From Dehalococcoidia bacterium (lineage in GTDB: Bacteria; Chloroflexota; Dehalococcoidia; Lucifugimonadales; UBA3495), in contig OZ253540.1 in the NCBI GenBank assembly GCA_965262485.1, positions 1,044,711 through 1,108,710 on the forward strand: a stretch of 64,000 bases of DNA, read 5' to 3'. Positions 19,803 through 30,345 of the stretch are shown one piece after another. The position numbers and the translations under genes are program-made. The notes beneath the pieces are model-generated. The model saw only the letters and a list, made by a program, of their open reading frames with translations. It ran no database searches and had not been told where the DNA came from. Within the stretch, counting starts at the first letter, position 1. Every line of letters begins with the position of its first letter.

Positions 19803-20198
19803 TCACGCAAACAGGTCATCTTCCTCCCGCGGCGCCGGCAATGCTGCCCAGCAACTGACCAAACAGGCCCGGGCTTCGCGATCCATGTCGTCTTGCAATT
19901 CGGAGAAGGGATTGGGTATCCACGAGCCACTTACGTCCTCGTCATTGACTTGCCAGTCAGACGGGACCCACATCTTCCGCAGCATCTCCTCCATGTCGTG
20001 GACCCGATTGTTGTGGGTCAACAGCCTGGTAAAGGCGGAGTACTGAACGCTGCTGCTCATAATGGTGTTGAACACCTCCATAGAAATTTGGGGTAAGTGG
20101 CGAGCTTGTGGGTTCAGTTTGAACCGGGGCACACTGCGATGGTGGCAATGCAGTGATGCCCTAATTCGCAAAGTTGGTTGGATCTGGTGATTCGTCAT
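19803..20198 (-). CDS. Hypothetical protein (131 aa), start abutting the nrdR stop
   Basis: On the minus strand the nrdR stop and this ATG read TAAATG (20201-20196). No motif recognised. An internal start at 20081 is possible. Confidence 0.4.
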   Translation of the reverse strand: MTNHQIQPTLRIRASLHCHHRSVPRFKLNPQARHLPQISMEVFNTIMSSSVQYSAFTRLLTHNNRVHDMEEMLRKMWVPSDWQVNDEDVSGSWIPNPFSELQDDMDREARACLVSCWAALPAPREEDDLFA

Positions 20199-20738
20199 TT
20201 ACGGGCGCCCAGTCGACCGGTTGCGGCGAGTGGGTGATTGTCGGCGCGACCGGCGTGTCTCGACCGCAGCCACCCCGATCAACGGTTCGGGTTGGCCGAG
20301 CTGGAAGGACCTGGCCTGCTCCTCGAAGTCGGCGGCATTCTGAAAGTCGTAATACACCGAAGCATAGCGAACGTAGGCGACTTCATCCAGGAGACGCAGA
20401 CGGTCGAGTACCATCAATCCGAGGTCGCGGGACTTGACCACGCCGCTGCCGGAACGCTGCAATTCTGCCTCAATGTCATCTGCCATTTTGTCGATGTCCC
20501 GTCGTGGAATGGGTCTGCGCGTGCAGGCCATGTTGATTCCGGCCAGCAACTTGTCGCGGCTGAACTCCTGGCGGTGGCCGTCGCGTTTTTCTACCTGCAG
20601 CACGGTCATCCTGACGACTTCGATCGTAGTGAACCGGTTGTTGCATGCCTGGCATTCGCGGCGGCGGCGAATGCCGATTTCAGTATCGCGGGAATCGGTG
20701 ACCTTGCTTTGGTTTTCTTCACAATAAGGGCATTTCAT
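20199..20738 (-). CDS. nrdR: Transcriptional repressor NrdR
   Basis: MKCPYCE...SKVTDSRD zinc ribbon followed by an ATP-cone domain. Confidence 0.95.
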   Translation of the reverse strand: MKCPYCEENQSKVTDSRDTEIGIRRRRECQACNNRFTTIEVVRMTVLQVEKRDGHRQEFSRDKLLAGINMACTRRPIPRRDIDKMADDIEAELQRSGSGVVKSRDLGLMVLDRLRLLDEVAYVRYASVYYDFQNAADFEEQARSFQLGQPEPLIGVAAVETRRSRRQSPTRRNRSTGRP

Positions 20739-20783
20739 TTGCAGGTCCGATGCTTGGTCGATTTTTCAAACAATTTTTGTAAA

Positions 20784-20797
20784 TAGCACATATTGTG
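20784..20797. promoter_or_regulatory. NrdR box 1 (TAGCACATATTGTG)
   Basis: Matches the CACwATATATwGTG-type palindrome, mainly in the right half. Centre lies 31 bp from box 2. Confidence 0.6.
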
Positions 20798-20814
20798 CTT
20801 GTGACCAATAATAC

Positions 20815-20828
20815 TACAATTTGTTGTG
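20815..20828. promoter_or_regulatory. NrdR box 2 (TACAATTTGTTGTG)
   Basis: 11 of 14 matches to the NrdR-box consensus as I recall it. Lies just downstream of the predicted -10 of the nrdR promoter. Confidence 0.6.
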
Positions 20829-20835
20829 GGCAGAA

Positions 20836-20865
20836 ATATAACATGGGCGGACATTGCCCTGTCAA
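20836..20865 (-). promoter_or_regulatory. Candidate nrdR promoter (TTGACA-18 nt-TTATAT on the minus strand)
   Basis: Perfect -35 (complement of 20860-20865) and a good -10 (complement of 20836-20841), about 100 nt upstream of the nrdR ATG. Confidence 0.55.
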
Positions 20866-20985
20866 TTTGAACGAGGATGCAGATTTCCAGCAATTTTAGT
20901 CAATCTTGCAGCGCCTGACCACGGCTCTCACCGATGATTGGCAAAGGTTGAAGATTACGCGCCGAATTAACCCGGTTTCACGAAA

Positions 20986-21018
20986 ACGGCCCCCTTTCCA
21001 AATCGGAGAGGGGGCCGT
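20986..21018 (-). terminator. Hairpin downstream of ftsZ (possible intrinsic terminator)
   Basis: 10-bp GC-rich stem ACGGCCCCCT/AGGGGGCCGT. On the minus strand it is followed by TTTCGTG, a weak U-tract. Confidence 0.45.
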
Positions 21019-21043
21019 AACCCGGAGAAGATTAAACGCGCGT

Positions 21044-22186
21044 TTAGCGGTAGAATCCCCGGCGGTTTTGCCGATGCTGGAGGAAAGTCGGCAAATCGTA
21101 ATCGCGACGGTCTGGAACATCCATTTCGCCAAGCAGTTTCGATATGTCGTCTTCCGCCTGAGGCGAATCCACCGGGAAATCGGCAGCAACCATGGTCATC
21201 TTCACTTCGTCGTCCAACCGGGGATCCCGACTGGTTCCGAAGATGATATTGGCATCGGGATCTGCCAGGTCTTCGACCACAGTGGCCGCCTCCTGCACTT
21301 CCTGAAGCGACAAGTTGTTGCCTCCCGTGAGTACGAACAAGATGCGACGGGAGCCTTCGAGCGAGATGTCCAGCAGGGGGCTCTCCGTACACTGTCGGGC
21401 GGCTTCTTTAGCCCGGCCCTGACCCCGGCCCCGGCCTATGGACAGCCACGCCTGGCCGGCCCCGGTGAGGATGGTTTTGACGTCGGCGAAGTCCACATTG
21501 ATTTCCCCGGGGACGGTAACCACCTCTGCGATGGCCGTAATGCCCTGATGCAGCACCGAGTCCGCCAATTTGAGGGCGTCTTCCCACGAGTACGAATCTG
21601 ATTGTTCGTTGTTCAAAGCCAGCAGGCGGTCGTTGGGAATCACGATCATCGTATCCACGTGCTCCCGCAACCGCTCCAGGCCTTCCTCAGCGTTTCGCCG
21701 GCGTGTCTGGGCTTCAAATCCGAAGGGGCGGCTTACTACCGCGATGGTTAGCGCTCCGCTTTCCTTGGCGATCTGGGCGACCACGGGCGCCGCTCCCGTG
21801 CCGGTTCCTCCACCCATACCGACCGCGAGGAAAACCATGTCGGATCCGCGAACCGCCTGTTCAATGTCACCGCGGGATTCTTCTGCAGCCTGGCGTCCCA
21901 ATTCCGGTTGAGAGCCGGCTCCCAGGCCGCGGGTGAGATTTCGGCCCAGGGCGATACGGTAGTGCACATCGCACCGGGACAAATGCTGCGAGTCCGTATT
22001 CATAGCGTAGTATTCGACAACAGGGAGTTTGTCTTTGTACATCCGGCTGACCGCGTTGGATCCGCCCCCGCCCACACCCAGAACCTTAATGAGTGGGACG
22101 CCGCGGCCGATTTCAGGAATCATGCCGTCGCTTTCGTCGAATCCCGTGTCGGGCTCCCAGGATGCGGAGTTATCGGGGAAAATCAT
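21044..22186 (-). CDS. ftsZ: Cell division GTPase FtsZ
   Basis: GVGGGGSNAV and GGGTGTGAAPV tubulin signatures and a C-terminal DLPTFLQ peptide. ATG at 22186 follows AGGAGG. Confidence 0.95.
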   Translation of the reverse strand: MIFPDNSASWEPDTGFDESDGMIPEIGRGVPLIKVLGVGGGGSNAVSRMYKDKLPVVEYYAMNTDSQHLSRCDVHYRIALGRNLTRGLGAGSQPELGRQAAEESRGDIEQAVRGSDMVFLAVGMGGGTGTGAAPVVAQIAKESGALTIAVVSRPFGFEAQTRRRNAEEGLERLREHVDTMIVIPNDRLLALNNEQSDSYSWEDALKLADSVLHQGITAIAEVVTVPGEINVDFADVKTILTGAGQAWLSIGRGRGQGRAKEAARQCTESPLLDISLEGSRRILFVLTGGNNLSLQEVQEAATVVEDLADPDANIIFGTSRDPRLDDEVKMTMVAADFPVDSPQAEDDISKLLGEMDVPDRRDYDLPTFLQHRQNRRGFYR

Positions 22187-22324
22187 CGTTGTTGGTCCTC
22201 CTGGTTGGTAATTTTCTAGTGGTCGTTTGGTTGGCGTATTGGTTCCGGTGAGATGGTGATCAGGTCTTTGTGGGTTAGCTGGAGCGCGAATCCAACGCCG
22301 GCGGTTGCGCAAACTGGGTTGGCG

Positions 22325-23599
22325 CTATCCGCCGCCCGATGGGCGGGCGCTGGATCGCGAAAATGGGCGGCGCAGCAACGAACCGGGTGACCAGTTCCGA
22401 TCTCCCTCTCCTCGAACTCGGCCCCGATCAGGCTGGTTTCGGTGCTTTACCGCCCATTGCAACACGCCCAATGCCGCTGCGTACTCTGGCTGGCGCAACG
22501 ATTCGGGTAGCCCGGCGTACCACAGGGGCACTCCGATCCGAACCTGCGTCCTCAGGCCGCGGGCGGTCATTTCGGCAAATCCCGGCATTCGAGAACCTCC
22601 ACCCGTCAAAACGATACCGCCCGCTGGAGCGGTATCCATGCCGGCGTGGGATAATTCCCGCTGAATCAGCTTCAACATCTGGAGAGACCGCAGGTATAGT
22701 GGTTCACAGAATTCTTGACGCTGTACGATCCGTCTGGGGTGGACCTGGGTAGCTGGCATAACTATTTCTTCGTCCGGAGACAATTCCTCCGGCAGAACGT
22801 GCCCGTGCTGAATCTTCAAGTCTTCTGCCATTTGAAAAGGCACTCTCATGGCAATCGCCATATCGCGGGTTAACTGATTGCCACCCATCGGTATTACGGA
22901 CGAATAGCAGGGAGTTCCTTCCCGGTAACACGCGATTTTGATCGTCCCGGCGCCGACGTCGATGGTGGCTACACCCATTTCCCTTTCATCGGCGGTGAGT
23001 GTGCCCTCTGCCGTTGCCAGCGGGTGCGATACCAATCCCTCGACGTGGATTTTGCACATCTCCAGGGCGCGGACGATGTTTCCCAGGGGAACCGACTTTC
23101 CCCTGACGATGTGGGCTTCCAGCTGAAGCTCGTTCGTGTGCAAGCCGGTTGGATTTCCCACACCCGAGGTCCCGTCCAGGTGGTACCGCATGGGGATGAT
23201 GTGCAGTACCTGTTCGCTTCGGCTATCAAGTTGATTCTGATAGTTTCCGGACGTTCCGTTCATCAGTGAACGGAGATGATGCTCGTTGACGGTGAGCAAT
23301 TCGTTGCCGTCGCCCAGCATTTCGCGGGAATTTTCGCTGATCAAGTGATCGCCGTTGACGACGGCGAAAAAATCGTTCACCGGATTACGTCCAACATACC
23401 TGAAACATTCCTTCAGGCTGTCGCGTATTGACTCCCGCACTTCAGCAAAATCGTCAATAGTCCCTTGACGCACGCCCAATGACGGCGCCGAGCCCGTACC
23501 CAACGGTTTTAGTTCACCCTCAGATCCCAGGCGGGCCACGACGGAGAAAACCTTATTGGTACCAATATCGATTGCGGCGTAAATTGGTTCCCTTGGCAT
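22325..23599 (-). CDS. ftsA: Cell division protein FtsA
   Basis: Actin-fold motifs (AIDIGTNKV, IDVGAGTIKIA, VLTGGGSRMPG). Directly upstream of ftsZ. Confidence 0.9.
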   Translation of the reverse strand: MPREPIYAAIDIGTNKVFSVVARLGSEGELKPLGTGSAPSLGVRQGTIDDFAEVRESIRDSLKECFRYVGRNPVNDFFAVVNGDHLISENSREMLGDGNELLTVNEHHLRSLMNGTSGNYQNQLDSRSEQVLHIIPMRYHLDGTSGVGNPTGLHTNELQLEAHIVRGKSVPLGNIVRALEMCKIHVEGLVSHPLATAEGTLTADEREMGVATIDVGAGTIKIACYREGTPCYSSVIPMGGNQLTRDMAIAMRVPFQMAEDLKIQHGHVLPEELSPDEEIVMPATQVHPRRIVQRQEFCEPLYLRSLQMLKLIQRELSHAGMDTAPAGGIVLTGGGSRMPGFAEMTARGLRTQVRIGVPLWYAGLPESLRQPEYAAALGVLQWAVKHRNQPDRGRVRGEGDRNWSPGSLLRRPFSRSSARPSGGG

Positions 23600-23689
23600 C
23601 TGCTAAATCCTTTTTGTGCAGTTCATGTAATAGCTATGTGATTCCATTTGTGGTCGTAGTCGAACGGTTTGGAGGGCAATAAACGGGCC

Positions 23690-24631
23690 TCAGATGCGCT
23701 CCACGGCTCGAAGCCGCGCACTGCGGCTGCGGGGGTTGCCCGCGATTTCCTGGGCTGACGGGCGGACGACTCTTCGGCGCACCGCGCGCATCGTGGGAAC
23801 GTGGTTACAAACGCACTCCGGCAATGCCGGGGGACAGATACAGGTGGCTGTCGCGCGGTCAATCCAGGTCTTGACAATGCGGTCTTCAAGGCTGTGGTAA
23901 CTGATGATTACGCCACGCCCTCCCGGTTCCAGCAGGTCAGTAATCACGTCCAAACCCGTGGTGAGCTGGTCCAGCTCCTGATTGACCACTATCCGCAACG
24001 CCTGAAACGTTCTCGTTGCCGGGTGGATGCCGCCACGGCGTCCTCCAACCGCTCGCGTGATTACGTCTGCCAGTTGGCCGGTAGTGGTTACCGGACGGTT
24101 GGCGACGATTGCCCGGGCGATGGCACGGCTGCGACGTTCCTCTCCGAACTGGTAGATCAGGTCAGCCAGTTCCGACTCCTGGGTACGGTTGGCGTAATCT
24201 GCCGCCGTGGCTCCAACGGGGTCGTAACGCATATCCAGGGGTTCGTCACTTTGAAAAGACAAGCCGTAGCCATCGACTTCAATCTGGCGGGAAGAGAATC
24301 CCAAATCCAGCAAAACCCCGCTCACCGACGTGATGGAGAATTGCCCCGCAATGCGATCCATCTCCGCGTAACTGCCGTGGGCGAGAATCGCCCGGTTCCC
24401 GAAGCGCGTCAAGCGCTGGCGGGCAACGGCCAACGCCCGAGGGTCCCGATCAATGGCAAGCACGGTGCCGTGTGGGGCGCAGAGATCGAGTAACGCCAAC
24501 GTGTGCCCGCCTTCGCCCACGGTGCCGTCGATGTACGTACCGCCGGAACGAACGTCCAGATACTCCATCGTTTCGGACACCATCACCGGAGCATGATGGA
24601 TGCGGTCTTTTTCGTCCGGGTTGGTTGGCAT
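23690..24631 (-). CDS. rsmH: 16S rRNA (cytosine1402-N4)-methyltransferase RsmH
   Basis: HAPVMVSE, DGTVGEGGHT and YHSLEDRIVK motifs. Start uncertain: Met45 of the listed ORF is chosen, and the ORF is open to 24763. Confidence 0.9.
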   Translation of the reverse strand: MPTNPDEKDRIHHAPVMVSETMEYLDVRSGGTYIDGTVGEGGHTLALLDLCAPHGTVLAIDRDPRALAVARQRLTRFGNRAILAHGSYAEMDRIAGQFSITSVSGVLLDLGFSSRQIEVDGYGLSFQSDEPLDMRYDPVGATAADYANRTQESELADLIYQFGEERRSRAIARAIVANRPVTTTGQLADVITRAVGGRRGGIHPATRTFQALRIVVNQELDQLTTGLDVITDLLEPGGRGVIISYHSLEDRIVKTWIDRATATCICPPALPECVCNHVPTMRAVRRRVVRPSAQEIAGNPRSRSARLRAVERI

Positions 24632-25218
24632 ATTTCCGTGTTCCCAGCGTACGAACCTGGCCGACGACGTAGAGTACGTTGGTTGCTCAATTTTTGTTTC
24701 AACCAGGGTCATTGGCGCTTCTACCCAATTGGAGTCAGTTTGGATGTCACTATCGTCCAACACTCACCAAACGGAAATTTTGATGCCCTCGTGCATGAAC
24801 CGATCCCGGAACTCAACCGCGCAGGTTAACGACAGGGCTGGCAATACCAACCCATACGCGCGCTATTTCCATCGCGAGGGCATTTCGAGTCTGCTGGTGG
24901 CAATGTAACAAAGGCGCGGGTGACAACGCCTACTATAAAAGGTGCGATGTTTAATGATTTTTGTAAAATACCAAATTTGGTCTAAATCTGATGGGGTGGC
25001 GGCAATTAGGCCCACGATGGCGTTGGGGCGCTCGTTGGGGGGTTCGTGGAGCTGACTCCGGCAGCTGGCTCGCTGCGCTTGAAGATGTCAGGCGGGTCGT
25101 GCCAACTTCCGCCGTAACTGTGGTTGTGCTATACTCAACACCCATCCGGGCAGCCCGGCGTCGACCGCCCCTGCCCGGTGCATTTTGTGAATCATTTGCG
25201 CGCTGGAGTGAATTAGCG

Positions 25219-26646
25219 GTGAAGGTCACCAGAGACAATGCGTCTCCCATCGAAGTAACCCTTACGGTTGAGATGGCCGAAGAAGACGAAAACCCGTTCG
25301 TCGAACGGTCATATCGGCGTACCGTTTCTCGAATTAATGTTCCTGGGTTTCGACGCGGTAAAGCCCCGCGACATATCGTAGAAAGCGTGGTCGGCCGTAC
25401 TGCGCTGGTTCAGGAAGCGCTGGAATTCCTGGTTCCTGAAACCTTGCACCAGGTTCTGCAAGATCAGGACGTGGAAGCGTTTGCCGAACCAAGCATCGAA
25501 ATAACGGATATAGAGCCGGTTTCGTTCACAGCCACGGTCCCGCTGGAACCATCGGTTGACCTGGGAGATTACCGGACGATTCGGGTCGAGTCGGAATCAA
25601 CCGAAGTCAGCGCCGAAGACGTTGATGGCGTGATTGAACGGATCCGGCAGGAACAGGCAGTGTGGGAACCGGTCGACCGCCCGGTGCAGTACGGCGACCG
25701 TCTCAACATCGACGTCAACGGTATGATCGACGAGGAAGTCGTGGTGGAAGACGAGGACGTGGAGTACGTGCCTGAAGAAGAGAATGTACTTCCGTTTCCG
25801 GGTTTCGCTCCCAACCTGATCGGAATGCAGGAAGAGGAAAACCGTGACTTTACCGTCACGATTCCGGAAGATTACCCTCGAGAACAGTATGCTGGTAAAG
25901 AAGTATATTTCAAGGTTGGTCTCCGGTCGGTGAAAGAGAAGAACCTCCCGGCCATCGATGACGACTTCGCCAAATCGGTTGGAGAAGGGTTTGATGATCT
26001 GGCGGCTCTCCAGGACAATATCCGCGAATCCCTGACCAATCAGGCCGAGGCGGCGGCCAGGAGCCGATTGGAACAACAAAGCCTGGAAGCCCTGTGCGAG
26101 GTTGCCATCGTTAACGCTTCGCCCATCCTGTACGAGCGGGAACTGGAAGCGATGGAATCTGAGCGTGACCGTATGCTCAGGCAGCAGAGCCTCGATCTGA
26201 ATACCTACCTGCGATTCCTGGGTAAGTCACTGGAAGAATTCCGCGACGAGATGCGCCCTAATGCGGAACGCAGACTCGTTGGCGGCCTGGTGATGCGCAA
26301 ACTGGCTGAAGTTGAAGGGATCGAGGTGTCTGATGAAGACGTGGAATCAGAGGCCGAAAGATTGATCGGGTTGTCCAGCGAAGAATCAGAGCCGGGCAAC
26401 TTGGAAAACTTGCAGCAATTCCTGGCGCTGGATTCCACCCGTGACAGTATTCGATCGTCTTTGCACAGCAAGCTGGTAATGGACCGTTTGACGGACATTG
26501 CGCTCGGGAATCTGGAAGATGAACCGGCTGAACCAACGGAAGAATCCGAGAGCGATGTTGATACCGAAGATGGCGACGCAGTTGAAGCAACGGATGTTGC
26601 CGACACCGACACCGTAAATGAATCCGACGACGAGCCTCAGGCCTGA
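25219..26646 (+). CDS. tig: Trigger factor
   Basis: GTG start giving [34 protein letters not shown] ribosome-binding motif, FKBP-like middle domain, and a roughly 45-aa acidic C-terminal tail. Confidence 0.9.
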   Translation: MKVTRDNASPIEVTLTVEMAEEDENPFVERSYRRTVSRINVPGFRRGKAPRHIVESVVGRTALVQEALEFLVPETLHQVLQDQDVEAFAEPSIEITDIEPVSFTATVPLEPSVDLGDYRTIRVESESTEVSAEDVDGVIERIRQEQAVWEPVDRPVQYGDRLNIDVNGMIDEEVVVEDEDVEYVPEEENVLPFPGFAPNLIGMQEEENRDFTVTIPEDYPREQYAGKEVYFKVGLRSVKEKNLPAIDDDFAKSVGEGFDDLAALQDNIRESLTNQAEAAARSRLEQQSLEALCEVAIVNASPILYERELEAMESERDRMLRQQSLDLNTYLRFLGKSLEEFRDEMRPNAERRLVGGLVMRKLAEVEGIEVSDEDVESEAERLIGLSSEESEPGNLENLQQFLALDSTRDSIRSSLHSKLVMDRLTDIALGNLEDEPAEPTEESESDVDTEDGDAVEATDVADTDTVNESDDEPQA

Positions 26647-26683
26647 ATCGTACCCGCACTCTTACTCAGGAGACCTACCAGCA

Positions 26684-27331
26684 ATGTTGCAACTCCCCAA
26701 TAACTCGGGACCTGTGTTGCCCAGCAATGTGTTACCGGGAATCATCCGACCTACCCAGGAAGGCGAACGCGCCTTCAACCCGTATTCTCTTTTGCTCCAG
26801 GCCAGAATCATCTACCTTGGAACCCAGGTTGACGATGATGCTTCCAACGCCATTGTGTCACTTTTGTTGTACTTGGGATGGGAAAACCCTGAGGAAGACA
26901 TCCACCTGTACATTAACTCGCCTGGCGGGTCGGTTCTGGACGGAATGGCGATCTACGATACCATGCAGCTTATCAAACCGGACGTGTCCACCGTTTGCAT
27001 CGGCAAAGCGGCCAGCATGGGAGCTGTTTTGTTGTCCGGTGGAGCGAAAGGCAAACGGTACTGCACACGCAATTCCACCGTACTTATTCACCAGGTGATG
27101 GGAGGCATCCAGGGCTCCGCATCGGATATCGAAATCACTGCGCATGAGATTTTGCGTTTGCGCCAACGGCTGAATACCATCTTGTCTGAGAACTGTGATC
27201 AACCGTTCGACAGAGTGTCGCGAGATTCCGACCGGGACTTCTGGATGGACGCCGAGACTGCCGTGGAATACGGAATTGTCGACCATGTTTTGACCGAACT
27301 TCCAGACATTTTGACTCGGTCCGCCGCTTGA
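26684..27331 (+). CDS. clpP: ATP-dependent Clp protease proteolytic subunit (paralogue 1)
   Basis: Ser/His/Asp contexts present ([27 protein letters not shown]). ATG at 26684 follows CAGGAG. Confidence 0.93.
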   Translation: MLQLPNNSGPVLPSNVLPGIIRPTQEGERAFNPYSLLLQARIIYLGTQVDDDASNAIVSLLLYLGWENPEEDIHLYINSPGGSVLDGMAIYDTMQLIKPDVSTVCIGKAASMGAVLLSGGAKGKRYCTRNSTVLIHQVMGGIQGSASDIEITAHEILRLRQRLNTILSENCDQPFDRVSRDSDRDFWMDAETAVEYGIVDHVLTELPDILTRSAA

Positions 27332-27381
27332 TCAAATCCTCTATAATCGGCACTCAATCGCGCCCAGAACAGGAGACCCGA

Positions 27382-28032
27382 ATGGCCGCTCCCTTTGAAG
27401 ATTCGCCCTTACTGCAACCTACCAACATCGTCCCCATGGTCATTGAAACAGGACCTAGGGGGGAGCGTGCGTTCGATATCTACTCGCTGTTGCTCCGCGA
27501 GCGCATTATCTACCTTGGCACTCCGATTACTGACCAGGTGGCAAACGTAATCATCGCCCAATTGCTTTATCTGGAACGGGAAGATCGCGATCGGGATATC
27601 AGCCTGTACATCAATAGTCCTGGCGGTTACATCGCGTCGGGGTTGGCCATTCTCGACACGATGAATCTGATAAACTCGCAAGTATCGACGATTTGTGTCG
27701 GAACTGCCGCCAGCATGGCCACGATCCTGTTGTCAGGTGGGACCAAAGGGAAACGGTATTGCCTGACCAACTCCACAATACACATGCATCAACCCAACGT
27801 GGGGAGTTTCCAGGGTCAGGCCGCAGATATCGAAATTCAGGCCAAAGAAATCGTGCGCCTGAAAGAGCGTTTGAACGACATTCTGGCCACTGCTACCGGC
27901 CAATCTATCGAGAAAATTTCCGACGACACCGATCGGGACTTTTTCCTGACTGCCGACGAAGCGATTGAGTACGGTATCGTGGATGAAATACTCGGGTTGA
28001 AAACTGAAGAAACCGAGGCCGAAGCAGCGTAG
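27382..28032 (+). CDS. clpP: ATP-dependent Clp protease proteolytic subunit (paralogue 2)
   Basis: [17 protein letters not shown] and DTDRDFFL contexts. ATG at 27382 follows AGGAG. Confidence 0.93.
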   Translation: MAAPFEDSPLLQPTNIVPMVIETGPRGERAFDIYSLLLRERIIYLGTPITDQVANVIIAQLLYLEREDRDRDISLYINSPGGYIASGLAILDTMNLINSQVSTICVGTAASMATILLSGGTKGKRYCLTNSTIHMHQPNVGSFQGQAADIEIQAKEIVRLKERLNDILATATGQSIEKISDDTDRDFFLTADEAIEYGIVDEILGLKTEETEAEAA

Positions 28033-28090
28033 ATGCAAGAGTTTCTAACCGAAGCAGCACCTTCCGAAACAGTACCTTGGCCCGCAACAA

Positions 28091-29488
28091 ATGAGCACCG
28101 GGAACCGTAACCCGAGCCGCAATAACCTTCGGTGTTCATTTTGCGGTAACCTTTTTCCGCAAAACAAACTGCTGCGACCTCCGGGTCAGCCCCGGGGCGG
28201 TATCTGTTTTGATTGCGTTCGCGAACTGGCCGCGCATGTGGCGGAACGCAGTGAACAACGCCGCAGTCCATCGAAAAGCGGCCGTGGTCGATCCAACGGA
28301 ACAACCACCGACCCGGCCAAAACGGCGTCCGAACCGCTGGGATCGGTACCTCACATATTGGTGCCGAGAGAAATTCACGGCAATCTCGACGCATACGTCA
28401 TTGGTCAAGATAAGGCCAAGAAAACGCTGTCGGTAGCGGTATACAACCATTTCAAACGCATCAGAAGTGAAGCGACAGCTTCGGAGATCGAGGTTCAAAA
28501 ATCCAACATCTTGTTGATCGGGCCGACGGGTTCCGGAAAAACGTTACTGGCTGAAACTTTAGCCCGTTCTCTGGATGTTCCTTTCGCCATCTGTGATGCC
28601 ACTTCCCTAACTGAATCGGGCTACGTTGGCGAGGACGTGGAGAACATCCTTCTCCGGCTCATCCAGGCTGCCGACTGGGACATAACCCGCGCTGAGCATG
28701 GGATCATTTACATCGATGAGCTGGACAAGATCGCGCGCAAGGAAGGCGTGAACCGCTCGATAACGCGGGATGTTGCCGGCGAGGGCGTCCAGCAGGAATT
28801 GTTGAAGATCATTGAGGGCTGCACCGCCAATGTGCCGCCTCAGGGAGGCCGCAAGCACCCGCACCAGGAGATGTTGCAGATCAATACGCGCAACATTCTT
28901 TTTATTTGCGGCGGCGCTTTTGATGGTTTGCAGGAGATAACTACCAGGCGATTGACGATTGGATCTGCCATGGGTTTCCTGGCGCACCACGGAGGACGGA
29001 ACGATTCCGACGGAGCGAATTGCGGGACGCTGGAGCAGGTCACGCCTGAAGATTTGCTCGAATTCGGATTTATCCCCGAACTGGTCGGGCGGTTGCCAGT
29101 CGTAACGACTCTCCAGCCGCTGGACAAAGAGGCGTTGGTGGAAGTATTGGTCAAGCCGAAAAACGCCATAGTCAAGCAGTATCAACAGCTCTTTCACCTG
29201 GACGGGGTGAGGCTGGAATTCACTCAGGAAGCGCTGTTAGCCGCAGCCGAAAGGGCGTTGTCGTACCATACCGGCGCGCGGGTCTTGCGCCATATCGTGG
29301 AGGACGCCCTCCTCGAAGTGATGTACGAGCTTCCGTCGCTCTCGGACATCGACCGATGCGTGGTGCACGCGGAATCGATCAACCGAGAGGCCTCACCACG
29401 ATTGTACCGCACGGGCGGCGGGCGCTATATCTCGCTGGAGACGGCGTTGGCGCAAGCGGAACGCGAATCGCGCAAGAAATCAGCCTGA
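28091..29488 (+). CDS. clpX: ATP-dependent Clp protease ATP-binding subunit ClpX
   Basis: N-terminal zinc-binding CSFCG...CFDC, Walker [16 protein letters not shown], and Walker [11 protein letters not shown]. Confidence 0.96.
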   Translation: MSTGNRNPSRNNLRCSFCGNLFPQNKLLRPPGQPRGGICFDCVRELAAHVAERSEQRRSPSKSGRGRSNGTTTDPAKTASEPLGSVPHILVPREIHGNLDAYVIGQDKAKKTLSVAVYNHFKRIRSEATASEIEVQKSNILLIGPTGSGKTLLAETLARSLDVPFAICDATSLTESGYVGEDVENILLRLIQAADWDITRAEHGIIYIDELDKIARKEGVNRSITRDVAGEGVQQELLKIIEGCTANVPPQGGRKHPHQEMLQINTRNILFICGGAFDGLQEITTRRLTIGSAMGFLAHHGGRNDSDGANCGTLEQVTPEDLLEFGFIPELVGRLPVVTTLQPLDKEALVEVLVKPKNAIVKQYQQLFHLDGVRLEFTQEALLAAAERALSYHTGARVLRHIVEDALLEVMYELPSLSDIDRCVVHAESINREASPRLYRTGGGRYISLETALAQAERESRKKSA

Positions 29489-29502
29489 TCTGCGCACATC
29501 GT

Positions 29503-30321
29503 CTAAATCGCGGGTCCGATTGCCCTCTCTATTTCCTCGGTAAGCGGAAGGCCGTCCGGGTACCGATCTGGCAGGGGAGCGCCCAGCTCATCGAGCGCTG
29601 TTCCCGGCTTTACCTGGAGCCTTCCATCCGCTACCGCCCGCAGAGTCTCGAGCATGAGCTGAGGTTCGCGGCGCAGTCCCTCCGCGCGAATCCGGGAGAA
29701 CAGGGGGTTGTCTTCTCCCTCTTCAGCCTGAATGGCAGCTGCCGCGCGCTCCGTAACGGTTTCCCAGGCATCGTCGAACGACTCTCCCCCGATCGAGAAA
29801 CTGCAGTTGGACAATACCGGGCCGCGGTCGACATCCTCTGTAGCCAAATGTATCATCGCCCCGGTTTGGGACGCTTTCGATTCGATCAGGCTCCATATCA
29901 CAGACTGCCACGTGCCGGTGGGACCATTGGGCAAAGCTCCGTGCAGATTCAGCAATGGGAAACGGCGGCACATCTCAGGGCTGAATATCAACATGTACCC
30001 GGCCAACACACACACGTCCGGGGTGTAAGGTTCCAGCAAGCGCATGACCTCCCGGTCGAAGTCCGACCGGTGTCGGCTCATGGCGCCCCCGCCGTGTTCC
30101 CGACGAAACCGGTTGGACGACAGTGTCACCAGCGGATGCCCGAGCGACCCCACCAACTCAAAAAACTCATCTGAGCCGGGGGCTTCCCCGGATTCGCGGT
30201 TGCTGAAAACGAACTCTATGGTTGCGTTCAGTCGATGATCGTAGATCGCTCTATCGACGAATCTCAACAAACTGCGAGATCCCTCGCCGCGTCCTGTTGA
30301 AAACCAACCTATGCGCAACAC
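29503..30321 (-). CDS. Formyltransferase-family protein (PurN-like fold with C-terminal extension)
   Basis: PDVCVLAGYMLIFSPE...LLNLHGALP...DVDRGPV resembles the PurN/Fmt catalytic core. Substrate unknown. Confidence 0.65.
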   Translation of the reverse strand: MLRIGWFSTGRGEGSRSLLRFVDRAIYDHRLNATIEFVFSNRESGEAPGSDEFFELVGSLGHPLVTLSSNRFRREHGGGAMSRHRSDFDREVMRLLEPYTPDVCVLAGYMLIFSPEMCRRFPLLNLHGALPNGPTGTWQSVIWSLIESKASQTGAMIHLATEDVDRGPVLSNCSFSIGGESFDDAWETVTERAAAAIQAEEGEDNPLFSRIRAEGLRREPQLMLETLRAVADGRLQVKPGTALDELGAPLPDRYPDGLPLTEEIERAIGPAI

Positions 30322-30345
30322 TGGACTAATTCGACCTGAACAAAT

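Noticed and set aside
24764-25218. 455-bp spacer upstream of rsmH examined for mraZ or a structured RNA (includes ORF 24951-25250)
   Set aside because: The 99-aa ORF is Arg/Ser/Thr-rich with no MraZ SpoVT/AbrB motif. I could not recognise tmRNA, RNase P, SRP or 6S signatures by eye. The only feature is a possible extended -10 (TGTGCTATACT at about 25126-25136) for tig.
26684-28032. Tandem clpP paralogues considered as a novelty
   Set aside because: Two-gene clpP1-clpP2 arrangements forming hetero-oligomers are well known in several phyla. Both copies keep the Ser-His-Asp contexts, so this is ordinary.
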